Part shown: positions 29,806 to 42,739 of the stretch, piece by piece
Layout: every line of letters starts with the position of its first letter
Position numbering within the stretch: the first letter of the stretch is position 1
NCBI RefSeq assembly: GCF_009914755.1
Contig: NC_060929.1
DNA: 64,000 nucleotides
Direction: 5' to 3' (one strand)
Source of the DNA: the human T2T-CHM13v2.0 reference genome, Homo sapiens
Translations under genes and position numbers: made by a program
Notes under the pieces: model-generated
What the model saw: the letters and a program-made list of their open reading frames with translations, nothing else
Told to the model about the DNA's origin: nothing
The model's database searches: none

Positions 29806-32800
29806 TATTATTTAGAAATTATTTTTATAGTTTTAGTGGCACAATTTTTTTATTGTTATTGTTGTTGTTACATGGATGAATTGTATAGTGGCGAAGCCTG
29901 GGATGTTAGTGCACTCATTATTATTCAAGTAGTGTACGTTGTGCCCAATACATAGTTTTTCATCCCTCATCCAAGTCCCACCCTCCTTTGTTTTGAGTCT
30001 TCGATGTCCATTCTATCACTCCGTATGTCTTTGTGTACCCATAGCTTAGCTCTCACTTAGAAGTGAGAACATGCAGTATTTGTTTTTTGATTCCTGAGCT
30101 ACTTCACGTAGAGTAATGGCTTCAAGTTCCATCCAAGTTGCTGGAAAAGACATTATTTCATTCTTTGTTATGGCTGAATAGTATTCCATGGTATGTAAGT
30201 GTGTGTGTGTGTGTGAGTGTATACATACATACATACATACCATGGAATACTACTCAGCCATAACAAAGAACGTATGTCACATTTTCTTTATCCACTCATT
30301 ACTTTTTCTTTATCCTCTCATTGGTGGTTTGGGCATTTAGGTTGATTACATTTCTTTGCAATTGTGAATCATGCTGTAATAAACTTATGGATGCACACTT
30401 CTTTTTGATATAGTGACTTTTCCTTTGGGTAGATACTCAGTAATGGGATTACTCAATTGAAAGGTAGATCTATTTCTAGTTCTTTGAGAAATTGCCATAC
30501 TGATTTCCATAGAGGTTGTACTAACTGTATGTGCACCAGTAGTGTATAAGCATTCCCTTTTCATCACTTCCATGTGAATATCTATTGTTTTTTGGCTTTT
30601 TGATAATGGCCATTCTGGCTGGGGTAAGATGGCATCTCACTGTGGGTTTAATTTGCATTTATCTGGTGTTAACGATGTTGAGCATTTTTTCATAGTTTTT
30701 TTGCCCAGTTGTATATGTTTTTTGAGAAATTTCTATTCATGTCATTTGCCCACATTTTAATGGGATTATTTGGTTTTTTTCTTGCTGATTTGTATGAGTT
30801 CCTTATAGATTCTACATATTAGTTGTTGGAGGCATAATTTTCAAATATTTTCTCCCATTCTATAGGTTATTAACTCTGATGATTACTTATTTTGCTGTGC
30901 AGAAGCTTTTTAGTTTAATTAGGTCCCATTTATTTATTTTTATTTTTGTTGCATTTGCTTTTGGAGTCTTAGTCGTAAATTCTTTGCTTGGGCCAGTCTC
31001 CAGAACAGATTTCCTAAGTTTTCTTCTAGACTTGTTATGGTTTCAGAGATTAGATGTAAGTACTTAATCTATTTTGAGTCAACTTCTGTATATGATGAGA
31101 GGCAGAGATCCAGTTTCAGTTCTTCTACAGGTGGTGATCCAATTTTCCAGCACCATTTATTGAATAGAGTGTCCTTTACCCAATTTATGTTTTGTATGCT
31201 CTGTTGAAGATGAGTTGGTTGTAAGTATTTGGCTTTATTTCTGGGCTCTTCTATTTTGTTTTGTTGGTCTATGTTTCTACTTTTTTATTAATACCATGCT
31301 GTTTTGTTTAGTATAGCCTTTTAATATAATTTGAAGTCAGGTCATGTAATGCCTCCAACTTTGTTCTTTTTGCATAGAATTGCTTTGGCTATTTGGCCTT
31401 TGCTTTCCATAGGAATTTTAGGATTCTAATTCTGTGAAAAGATGATGTTGATACATTGATAGAAATTGCATTAAATTTACAGATTGCTTTGGGCAACGCT
31501 GTCATTTTTACAGTATTGATCCTTACAATCCATGAATATGTGGTATATTTCCATTCGTTTCTGTCACCTATAATTTCTTTCAGCAGTGTTTTGTAGTTCT
31601 CTTTGTAGACGTGTTTTACCTCCTTGGTTAAGTATTTTCCTAGGTAATTTTTACTTTTTGTAGCTATTATAAAAGAAATTGAGTTCTTTATTTGATTCTC
31701 AGCTTGGTTGTTGTCAGTGTATAGCAATGCTACTGATTTGTGTATATAAAGATTTTGTAAACTGAAACTTTATTTATTTATCTGATCTAGGAGTGTTTGG
31801 GAGGATTCTTTAGGATTTTCTAGGGTTAAGATTTTATCATTGGCAAACAGCAATAGTTTAAATTCCTCTTTTCCAATTTGGATGCCTTTACTTTCTTTCT
31901 CTTGCCTGATTGCTCTGGCTAAGATTTTAATACTATGTTGAACAGAAGTGGTAACAGTGGACTTCTTTGTCTTGTTCCAGTTAATAGTGGAAATGGTTTT
32001 AACTTTTCTCCATTCAGTATGTTGGCTGCGGGTTTGTCATATATGACTTTTAGTATTTTGAGGTATGTTTTTCATACTTAGTTTGTTGAAGGTAAAAATC
32101 TTCATAAAAATCATAAAGAGATGCTGGATTTTATGAACTAATTTTTCTATGTCTATTGAGATGATCATATGGTTTTTATTTTTAATTTTATTTATGTGGT
32201 GAATCAGTTTTATTGACATGAGTATGTTGAACCATCCCTGCATCCATGGGATGAAACCCAGTTGATCATGGTAAATTCTTTTTTGATGTGCTGTTGGATT
32301 TGCTCTGCTAGTATGTTAATGAGAACTTTTACACCTATATTCAGCAGAGATATTGGTCTGTAATTTTCTTTTTGTTTGTTTGTTTGTTATATCCCCTTCT
32401 GGCTTTGGTATCCAGATAATACCAGCTTCATAGAATGAGTTACGGAGAAGCCTCTCCTTCTCAGTTTTTTAGAAAAATTTCAGTGGAATCGGTCCTAATT
32501 TTACTTTGTGTATAAACCTCAAATTTTGCATTCTAAAATTCAAATTTTAGAATTTGGCTGTGGGTGCATCTGGCCCTGAGATTGTTTTGTTGGCAAGTCT
32601 TTTTTTTTTTAATTACTGATTTAATCTCACTACTTGTTATTAGTCTGTAAAGGGTTTCTATTTCTTCCTGATTCAAGCTAGAGAGTAGAATGTTTTGAGG
32701 ACTTTTTTCATTCAGTTTAGATATTCTACTTTGTGTGCATAAAAATGTTCATGGTAGTCTCAAATGATCTTTTGTGTTTCTACAGTGTTGGTTGCAATGA

Positions 32801-35800
32801 CTCCATTTTCATTTCAAATTGAGCTTATTTGAGTCTTCTCTTTCTTTTCTTAGATAATTTAGCTAGTGATCTATCAATTTTGTTTATGTTAAAAAAAACA
32901 CTAACTTTTGTTTCAGTGTTCTTTTGTATTTTTGTTTCAATTTTATTTGATTCTGCTGTGATCCTTGTTATTTCCTTTCTTTGGTTAGCTTTGATTTTGG
33001 TTCATTCCTGTTTCTCTAGTTCTTTGAGGTGTGATCTTACATTGCCAGTTTGTGATCTTTCAGACTTTTTGATATAGGTATGTAGTGCTATAAACTTTCC
33101 TTTTAGTGTTATAAGCTTTCCTTTTAGCACTGCTTTTGCTGTATCTCAGAGGTTTTGATAACTTGTGTCACTTTTATTATTTATTTTTTAAAATTAAATT
33201 TCTTTCTTGATTTCATTGTTCACTCAAAAATCATTTAGAAGCAGTTTGCTTAATTTTCATGTATTTGTTTAGTTTTGAGGGTATTTTATGGAATTGATTT
33301 CTAGTTTTATTCCACTGTGGTCTGAGAAGATGCTTGATGTGATTTAAATTTTTAAAAATTTATTGAGACTTGTTTTGTGGCCTATTATGTGGTCTGTTTT
33401 GGAGTATGTTCCATGAGCAAAATGTATATTCTGAAGTTTTGGTGTAGAATGTTCTGCAAATATCTGTTAGGTCCATTTGTTCTACAGTGAAGTTTAAGTC
33501 CAGTGTTTATTTGTAGACTTTCTGTCTCAATAATCTGTCTAGTTCTATCAGTGGAGTATTAAAGTTCCCACTATTACTCGGCTGCTATCTCTTTTTTTAG
33601 CTCTAATAGTCATTGTTTTATGAATTTGGGAGCTCCGATGCATATATATTTAACATTATATATGTTATATGTTCTTGCTCAATTGATCCATCATTATATA
33701 AGGACCTTCTTTGTCTTTTTTGTAAACGTTGTTGCTTTAATGGATGTTTTACTTGATAGAAAAATAGCTACTCCTGCTCACTTTTGGTTTCCATTTGCAT
33801 GAACTTTGTTTTCCACTCCTTTACCTTGAGTCTATAAGAATCCTTATGTGCTAGGTGGTGCATCTCCTGAAGATAGCAGATATTTGGTCTGTAATTTTTA
33901 TCCTTTCTGCCAATCTGTATTTTTTAGTGGAGCATTTAGAGCATTTATATTCCACATTAATATTGAGATATGGGGTATTGTTTCTGTCATCATAATGATT
34001 GTTATCTAGTGACTTTGTTTTCCTCACTGTGTTGTTATTTTATAAGCCTTGTGAATTTTATGCTTTCAGGAGGTTCTATTCTGCTGCATGCTGGTAATTT
34101 GTTTCAAGATTTAGAACTCCTTTTAGCATTTCCTGTAGGGTTGGTCTAGTAGTGACAAATTCAGTCAGCCTTTATTTGAGACATACTTTATTTCTGTCTC
34201 ATTTATAAAATTTGTTTTCTTGAATACAAAATTCTTGGCTGACAGTTTTTGTCTTTAAGGAGAATACAGAAAAGACCCCAATACCTTCTGGCTTGTAGTT
34301 TTAGCTCCCTCAGTTCTCTGCTGAGAAGTCTGGGTTAATACGATACATTTTCCTGTACAGGTTGCCTTGTTCTTTTGTCTCACTCTTAGGATTCTTTCCT
34401 TCACATTGACTTTAGATAGCCTGATGATTATAAGCCTTAGTAATATTTTTTTTCAATGATTCTCCTAGGAGTTCTTTGAGCCTCTTATATTTTAATTTCT
34501 AAATTTCTAGCAAGGCCAGGCTTATAACATAGCAACATAATGAGGAAAACAAAGTCACTAGGTAATAATCATTATTCCAGCAAGGTCAGGAAGTATTCTT
34601 CAACTATTCCCTTAAATACGTTTTTCAAATTTTTTCAGTTTTTCTTTTCCCTCGGGAACACCTATGATTCTTAGGTTTGGTTTGGCCATTTTACATAATC
34701 CCATATTTCTTGAATAATTTGTTCATTAATTCTTTTTTCTCTATTTTTCTGTTACTGGGTTAATTCAAAAGCCTTGTCATCAAGCTCTGATAATCTTCCT
34801 TTTACTTGGTCTAGCGTATTGTTAACACTTTCCACTGCATTTTGTAGCTTTCTAAATGTATCTTTTATTTCCAGAAATTCTGATTTTTTTTTTGAAATAT
34901 CTCTTTAGCAAATTTCTCTTTCATATTTTGAATTGATATTTTAACTTTATGTTGGTTGTCACCTTTCTATTGTATTTCATTGAGTAAGTGAATAATCAAT
35001 CTTTTGAATTCTTCATGTGTTATTTCAAAGATTTCATCTTGGTTTGGATTCAACAGTTAGTGAGAATTAGTGTGATCTTTGGGGATGTTTTAGGACACTA
35101 TTTTTTTTAATATTGCCAGAAATATTTTTCTGATTTCTCCTCCATTTGTGTAGAATATTTCTTCTAATTATTTTTGAATTTATTTTTAATTCAACAGTGT
35201 TTTTTTAACTTCTTTAGTTTTTTCCCCTTAAGGATGTGATTTTACTTTTATTATTTATTGTCACTTAGCTTGGCTCAGGGTGCTTTAAGTGGTGATAATT
35301 ATACCATTTCCATGATTATAGAGAATCTTAGTGTGATGATTTTTCAGATGCTGGTTGTAGTAGCAGTGTGCTAGGTGTGTGAGCATTGTCTCCTTTGAGA
35401 CTGGAATGGCAGAATCTCATGAATCTTATCTCGTCCCCCAGTGGTGTGCACTTTAAAAACATTTTCCCCAATATTTTATTCTCTGTGTTGAACAGTTTAG
35501 GCTTTAGCCAGTAGAAAGTACCCATGGATGAAAAAACAGCTGTGGCTATAACAGGTTGGTAAATGCAATACCCAATGGTGGACAACAGTCCCAGCATTGA
35601 CAAAGGCAGCTGGGGAAGCGCTCATTGAAATGCACTGAGGTATTTTCAGGGGTAAGAAGGGGCCATGACAGCTCTCCTTCCATGCCAGCAGGAAAGCAGT
35701 ATGCCTCCAAGTCACACTGGCCCAGTCTTCCAGCTATTCAGATCAGACAAATACCTCTTTTCATTTGCCAGAATGCTGATGTACCCTGTAGAATGGGATT

Positions 35801-36799
35801 GTGACTCTCCCCCTTGTGCAAATCTGAACCTAAAAGGCACTCGTCTTGTGGGAATGTAGTCACCCTGAGTATTCCAGAAAGGCTGTCTATAGATACACCC
35901 CTGCAGAGCTCACATGGGAGAAGCCCCAGCAGTGTCTTCAGTGGTGGGTGAGGTGGAGAATAAATCTCATTCTCCGAGGTCCTTCATAACCTTTAGGGCT
36001 GCCTGACTGTTGTGTGAGAGCCACAAACTTTCCCTACTGAGCCCAGAACTGCACCTGTGCCTCTGTTGAAAGAAAATTTCCACAAGAGGAAAGAAAGTTC
36101 AGAGACACAGGGCCTGCAGTCTAGTTTCTTTTGTCCTATGGGGTGGTCCCTTAATGTCGTGCACTTCCCCTTCTCCTAAGAGTAGCAGCCCCTGAGGGCT
36201 AGGCAACTGTGAATTCTCCTGCTCCTTAGTGTCTAGCCACCCAGTAGGGCTGCCATGTTCCAGTGTGGTGCTATAGAATATCTGCATGGGATTCAGCTAC
36301 GTGATTTGTTCTCTAGTCTCCCAGCATCAGGTACCAGCATCAGTTCTGATGGGGGTAGGAGAAATACAGATTCTTCAAGATTTTTTGGTTATAAATAGCC
36401 TTATTGTGTTGGTTATCTCAAATGCAAGCTGTTGTAGTAATGTGCAGATTCAGGACCTCCTGGTTATCCAGGATGATGCAGGCAATGCTAATAGCTACAG
36501 TCATGCAAAAGTTTTCTCCTAAGTAAGCACTGTTATTGTGTCTGCAGATGTTGTAATGGGCTGTGCCAGTTGGCTTCCAGCTGGGAGGTGATGCTTTCCA
36601 AAGAGCACCAGCTGTGATGGTAACAGTGAAATTTCTGCTTGTCTTATTTTACACAGTGGAAGTATTCTCGTGCCTCTGGCAATAAGCAGGTCCATGGAGC
36701 TCTCAAAAGTCCCTGTGTGTTATATTATGCTACCAGCGCAAGTAGAGGAGCAAAGCTGGGTGGGGGTTTAGTCATGCAATTCTGGCTCCCCACATGTGG

Positions 36800-39234
36800 G
36801 TTGGGGAATGTGTGTTTCCAGTCAAATCTTATATTGAAATGTAATCCCAAGTGTTGAAGGTGGGGCCTGGTGGGAGATGATTGGATCATGAGGGCAGGTT
36901 TCTCATGAATGGCTTAGTGCTACCTCTGCTGGTACTGTCCTTGCAATAGTGTGTGAGTTCTTGTGAAATCTAGTCATTTAAGTGTGTAGCACCTTTCCCC
37001 TCACTCTCTTGCTTCTGCTTTTATCATGTAACGTGGCTGCTTCCCCTTTGCCTTCCACCATGATTAGAAGTTCCCTGAGGCCTTCCCAGAAACAGATGCT
37101 GTTATGCTTCCTGTATGGCCTGAAAAACCATGATCCCACTAAACCCCTTATCTTTATAAATTATTCAGTCTCAGTATTTTTTTTACTGCACTGCAAGAAT
37201 GGCCCAATACAGAAAATTGGTATCAGGAATGTGGCATTTCTGTAAAGATACCTGAAAATGTGGAAGCAGTTTTGGAACTGGGTAATGGGAAGAGGCTGGA
37301 AGAGTTTGCAAGACTCAGAAGAAGAGAGAAAAATCAGAGAAACTTTGGAACTTCTTAGAGACTGGTTAAATGGTTGTAACCAAAATTCTGATAGTGATAC
37401 GGACAGTAAAGCCCAGGCTGATGAAGTCTCAGATGGAAATGAGAAACTTCTTGTGAACTAGAGCAAAAGTCATACATGTTATACCTTAGCAAATAACTTG
37501 GCTGGGTTGTGCTCATGTCCTAGGGATACGTGAAAGTTTTAACTTGAGAATGATGACCTAGAGTATCTAACAAAGAACATTGCTAAGCAGTAAAGTGTTC
37601 AAGAAGTAGTGTGGCTATTTCTAACAGCCTAGCTCAGATGCAGGAGCAAAGAAATGTGTTGGAACTTATATTTAAAAGGGAAGCAGAGTATCTAAGTTTG
37701 AAAAATTTGCAGAATGGCCACATGGTAGAAAAGAAAAGCCCATTTTCAGTGGAGGAATTCAAGCAGGCTGCAGAAATTTGCATAAGCAAAAAGGAGCCAA
37801 GTGCTAATAATCAAGACAATGGGAAAAAGGCCTCAAAGGCATTTCAGAGAACTTCCCAGCAGCCCCTTCCATCACAAGCCCAAAATCTAGGAGAACTGAA
37901 TGGTTTTGTGGGCCAGGCCCAGGACTCTGCTGCCCTGCACACCCTGGGGACACTGCTCCCTGTATCCCAGCCACTGTAGCTCAAGCTGTGGTTCAAAAGG
38001 GCCCAGGTACAGCTTGGTGACTGCTTCAGAGGATGCAAGCCATAAACATGGTGAGCTCCACATGGTGTTAAGCCTGTGGCTGCATAGAGTACAAGAGTTA
38101 AGAATTGGGTGCCTCCGCCTAGATTCCAGAGGGAAGTATGGAAAAGCCTGAGTGTTTCAGGCAGAAGCCTGCTGTAGGGGCAGATTCCTCACTCTACTAG
38201 GGCAGTGAAGAGGAATAATATGGGGTTGGAGCCCCCACAGAGTCCACACCGGGGCACTGCCTAGTGGAGCTGTGAGAAGAGCTCCACCATCCTCCAGACT
38301 GTAGAATGGGAGACCCATCAGCAGCTTGCAGGCAGTATGTGGAAAAGCCAAATGGATTCAGCTATAACCTGTGAAGGCAGCTGCAGGGGCTGAACCCTGC
38401 CAAGCCACAGAAGCGGAGTTGTTCAAGGCCTTGGGAGTCCACCCCTTCCATCAGTGTGGCCTGGATGCGAGACATGGAATCAAAGGAGATTATTTTGGAG
38501 TTTTAAGATTTAATGACTGCCCTGCTGGGTTTCAGACTTTCAGAGGGCCTGTAGCCCCTCTCGTGTGGCCCATGTCTCCCTTTTGGAAGAGGAGTATTTT
38601 CCCACCTATATTCCCATTGTATCTTGTAAGTAACTAACTTGTTTTTGATATTACAGGCTCATAGGCAGAAGAGACTAGCCTTGTCTCAGATGAGACTTCG
38701 GACTTTGGTCTTTTGAGTTAATGCTACAATGAGTTAACACTTTGGAGATAATTGGGAAGGCATGATTGTATTTTGAAATGTGAGACGAGCATGACGCGTG
38801 GGAGGGGACAAGAGTGGGATGATATAGTTTGGATGTGTGTTCCTGCTCAAATTTCATACTGAAATGTAATTCCCAATGTTATAAGTGAGGCCTGGTGGGA
38901 GGTGATTGGATCATGGGGGCAGGTTTCTCATGAATGGTTTAGCACCATCTCCCTTGGTACTGTCCTCACAACAGTGAGCGAGTTCTTGTGAGATCTGGTC
39001 ATTTAAAACTGTGTAGCCCCTCCTCACTTTGCCCTGTTGCTCCTGATCTCACCTTGCGATGGGCCTGCCCCCTCTTCGCCTTCCACCATGATGTTTCCTG
39101 AGGCTTCCCCAGAAGCAGATGCTGCTGTTATTTCTGTACACCCTGCAGAACCATGAGCCAATTAAACCTGTTTTCTTTATAAATTATTCCCTCTCAGGTA
39201 TTTCTTTATAACAATGCTAGAACAGACTAATACA
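36800..39234 (+). mobile_element. Complete MSTA-type MaLR element: 5'LTR ~36800-37211, internal 37212-38819, 3'LTR 38820-39234
   Basis: Two homologous ~410-bp LTRs ending aataca flank ~1.6 kb of MST/THE1-type internal sequence (gaaaattggtatcaggaatgtggcatt...; ORFs 37258-37461 and 37611-37979). Confidence 0.92.
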
Positions 39235-39345
39235 TAGGGGCAAGCAGTGGGACTGGTGGGAATCAGAGGGCAGATCTCTGGCTGCTCAGGTCATGTTCAG
39301 GGAGGAGTGCAGCTGCCTGTCTTACATAAAACAACACACATGGGA

Positions 39346-39648
39346 GCTGGGTGCGGTGGCTCACACCTATAGTCTCAGCACTTTGGGAGGCTGAGGCGGG
39401 CAGAACACTTGAGGTCAGGAGTTCGATACCAGCCTGACCAACATGGTGAAACCCAGTCTCTACTAAAATTACAGAAAATTAGCCAGGCATGGTGGCACAT
39501 GCCTGTATCCCTGTTACTCAGGAGACTAAGGCAGGAGAATCACTTCAACATGGGAGGCAGAGATTACAGTGAACCGAGATCACGCCGCTGCACTCCAGCC
39601 TGGGTGACAGAGCGAAACTCCGTCTCTAAACAAATGAGTAAGACCAGA
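39346..39648 (+). mobile_element. AluSx/Sz-like SINE in the L1 5'UTR
   Basis: Full dimer; TSD aaaa(c/g)aa(c/t)acacatggg on both sides. Confidence 0.93.
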
Positions 39649-40505
39649 AAAGAATACACATGGGGAGCAGGCGGCAGTCAGCCCCACTCAGCTCTCATGC
39701 TCTTGCCAAGGCAGGTCTCACACCCACAGTGTTTTGCTAGCAGCAGCTAGCTAGTTTCCAGGTAGTCTGCACTTGGTACTCCAAACTGCCACCTACCATA
39801 AGCCCTCCCAACTAAGAGAAAAACAGTGGCTTTCAGGCTGTGATCCTCCTGGTCCACCCTCAAAGGAGGGGTGCCCGGCTGAGGTTATATAGGTGGCTAT
39901 AGCACACTTCCCGCTCCTCTCTTGGTTCTGGCCCAGGGGGTTCATCCCCACTTGAGATTATTTTGCAAACCTCAGTTAGGAACCTCTGGAAACCTGTAAC
40001 AACCACCTGAGTGAGCTGGCACACTTCCGTGAGGTGTCCTGTGAAGTAGGATTAGGATGATTTTCCTACATCTCTGCTGGAGTCTGAGAGTACACACAAA
40101 TGCTGCTCCTTCCCACATTCTCCCTACTGCTCACTAAGTCAGCTCCAGCGCTGAACAGAGTGAAGGCATTTCCCTGTGGCCTGGGTTGTCCTGCTGCTCA
40201 GTGGGAGTGTGTGTCATGGAGGCAATCTCTCCCCTCTCACATTCTGAAGACTCACAGTTTTCTGCCTCACTCATGGTGTAGGTTGCTGCCTGCTGCTTCT
40301 TTCATAAAGTCTGTAGTTATTTTCAGTTTTTCTGTTAAGTTCTTCTGTTGTTTCTTGGGAAAAAAAAATACTCACAGCATGAATCTCTGCACGATATTTT
40401 GTCCTTCGAAGTGGCGGAGCCATGCTAACAATGCCCCCAACCCGCCATCTCGGAAACAGAATTAAACAAACAAAGAAAAAACAAATACGTTGTTGTAATC
40501 TGAAA

Positions 40506-41248
<743 letters not shown>

Positions 41249-41404
41249 TTAACATAAATTATGCAGCGATACATAAGTCACACACAGATGCTAGTATAAC
41301 TATACAATGACATTATACTTATAAGCTATATGGATGTGGCCACTAATTGTTGTTGTTTACTAACAGCCTTAAGCATCTTAAATCTCTGAGAAAATCATGC
41401 TGAT

Positions 41405-41590
41405 GATAATGATAATGTTTATATAACACTGAATGTGTTCCAGTTATTGTTATAACTTTTGTATTAATTATTATGTCTTATGTATTAATTTTTGTTTTAA
41501 TTATTGTAAAGTCTCCATTCTATAAACAAAAATATTGAGATGCAAAGAAGTTGAGAAATTTCCCCAAAGTCACATGACTTGTGAATTTTG
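41405..41590 (-). mobile_element. MIR fragment
   Basis: ctccattctataaacaaaaatattgagatgcaaagaagttgagaaatttccccaaagtcacatgact, a MIR core. Confidence 0.6.
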
Positions 41591-42739
41591 TGTCACTTTT
41601 TTCTACATAATATTTATCCAATACTTTATCTAGTTTAGTGGACTGCTCCTATTTTTTTTACAGTTTTTGCTTCATCCTGTCACATATTCTAAGGGATAGG
41701 TTGAGACATCATGAGCAAATACCTTTAACGTTAAATCTGTGAGTATGTGAATATTTCAGCCTGAAGTTATAGGAGGAAAAGCAAGAATTATTATACCAAA
41801 GCATTGCAGAAACTCAGAAAAGGTGGAGAGGAAATTCCAGATATGTAGTAATTGGTTACAGTAAATCCCACGTATTTGTCTGTTAGTATTGGCAGAATTG
41901 TTAAAGCCTTGAGTTTGTTCAACACAAAAGGTACAGAAGGATATTAGATTTGATTGTTAGAGTGGAGTGGAAGTGATAACACAATTAATTGTTAAAAATT
42001 AGCCTTTTTTGCATTATAAATTCTGCAAGAATATAAACTATCTCATAGTTGGACAAAAAAAGAAAAGGTTGCAGAAAGCACACCAAATGCACTCTTTTGA
42101 AGAGCATAATTTGGGCTATATGTTTTGCTTTACCCATGAAGAAACAGCACGTAAGAAATACATTATCCTGGACCAACCAGGCTTTCGGGGATCACAGATG
42201 TTTGTCTCCATCACAATTAAATTTTCAGTGAATAAAATACCTGCTGGAATGTGTATTTTTCCTGCCTAGGCTTATGCTAACCGTTTATGATTAATAAGCT
42301 TCAGAAACCGACGATTGTGGAATGAATATGACATTTAACATAACATAAGCCTGAACGGGAGTCAGTGACCCAGATAACATCAATATGCTGACACTACATG
42401 CCAATATTTTGCTATAAAACTCTTTCTTTGACACATCTAGGTTGGTATGAGATATCATCTGTCCTCTACAGGTGGCCTCTAGGCAAACTGAGAAGAAAAA
42501 TGTGTGCATATATACAGGACATAGTTTCACCTTCTCATTAATCATCTAGGAATTGGGTGAAACATTTTTGTAATGGCAGCGTGATAAATGGACTGATTTA
42601 GATTTTAGTTAAAATAATAAGTACAACACATTTCAGATGTATAGAATATTTTTAAAGGATACTTCTAGAACTACAAACCAACTGTCACAGATATTAACGT
42701 GTTTGACATAAACTTAATGTTTTTAATGAAAATTTTACA

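Larger units (their letters stand above)
29806..40455 (-). mobile_element. Full-length decayed LINE-1 (L1PB/L1PBa-like) carrying MSTA and Alu insertions
   Basis: 3'UTR gttacatggatgaattgtatagtggcgaag, ORF2 remnants (31389-31727, 32037-32243), ORF1 region, and a long 5'UTR ending catgctaacaatgcc...cgccatctcggaa. Confidence 0.9.

Noticed and set aside
37258-38637. Cluster of ORFs up to 122 aa as a candidate coding locus
   Set aside because: It is the decayed MaLR internal ORF of the MSTA element, broken by stops.
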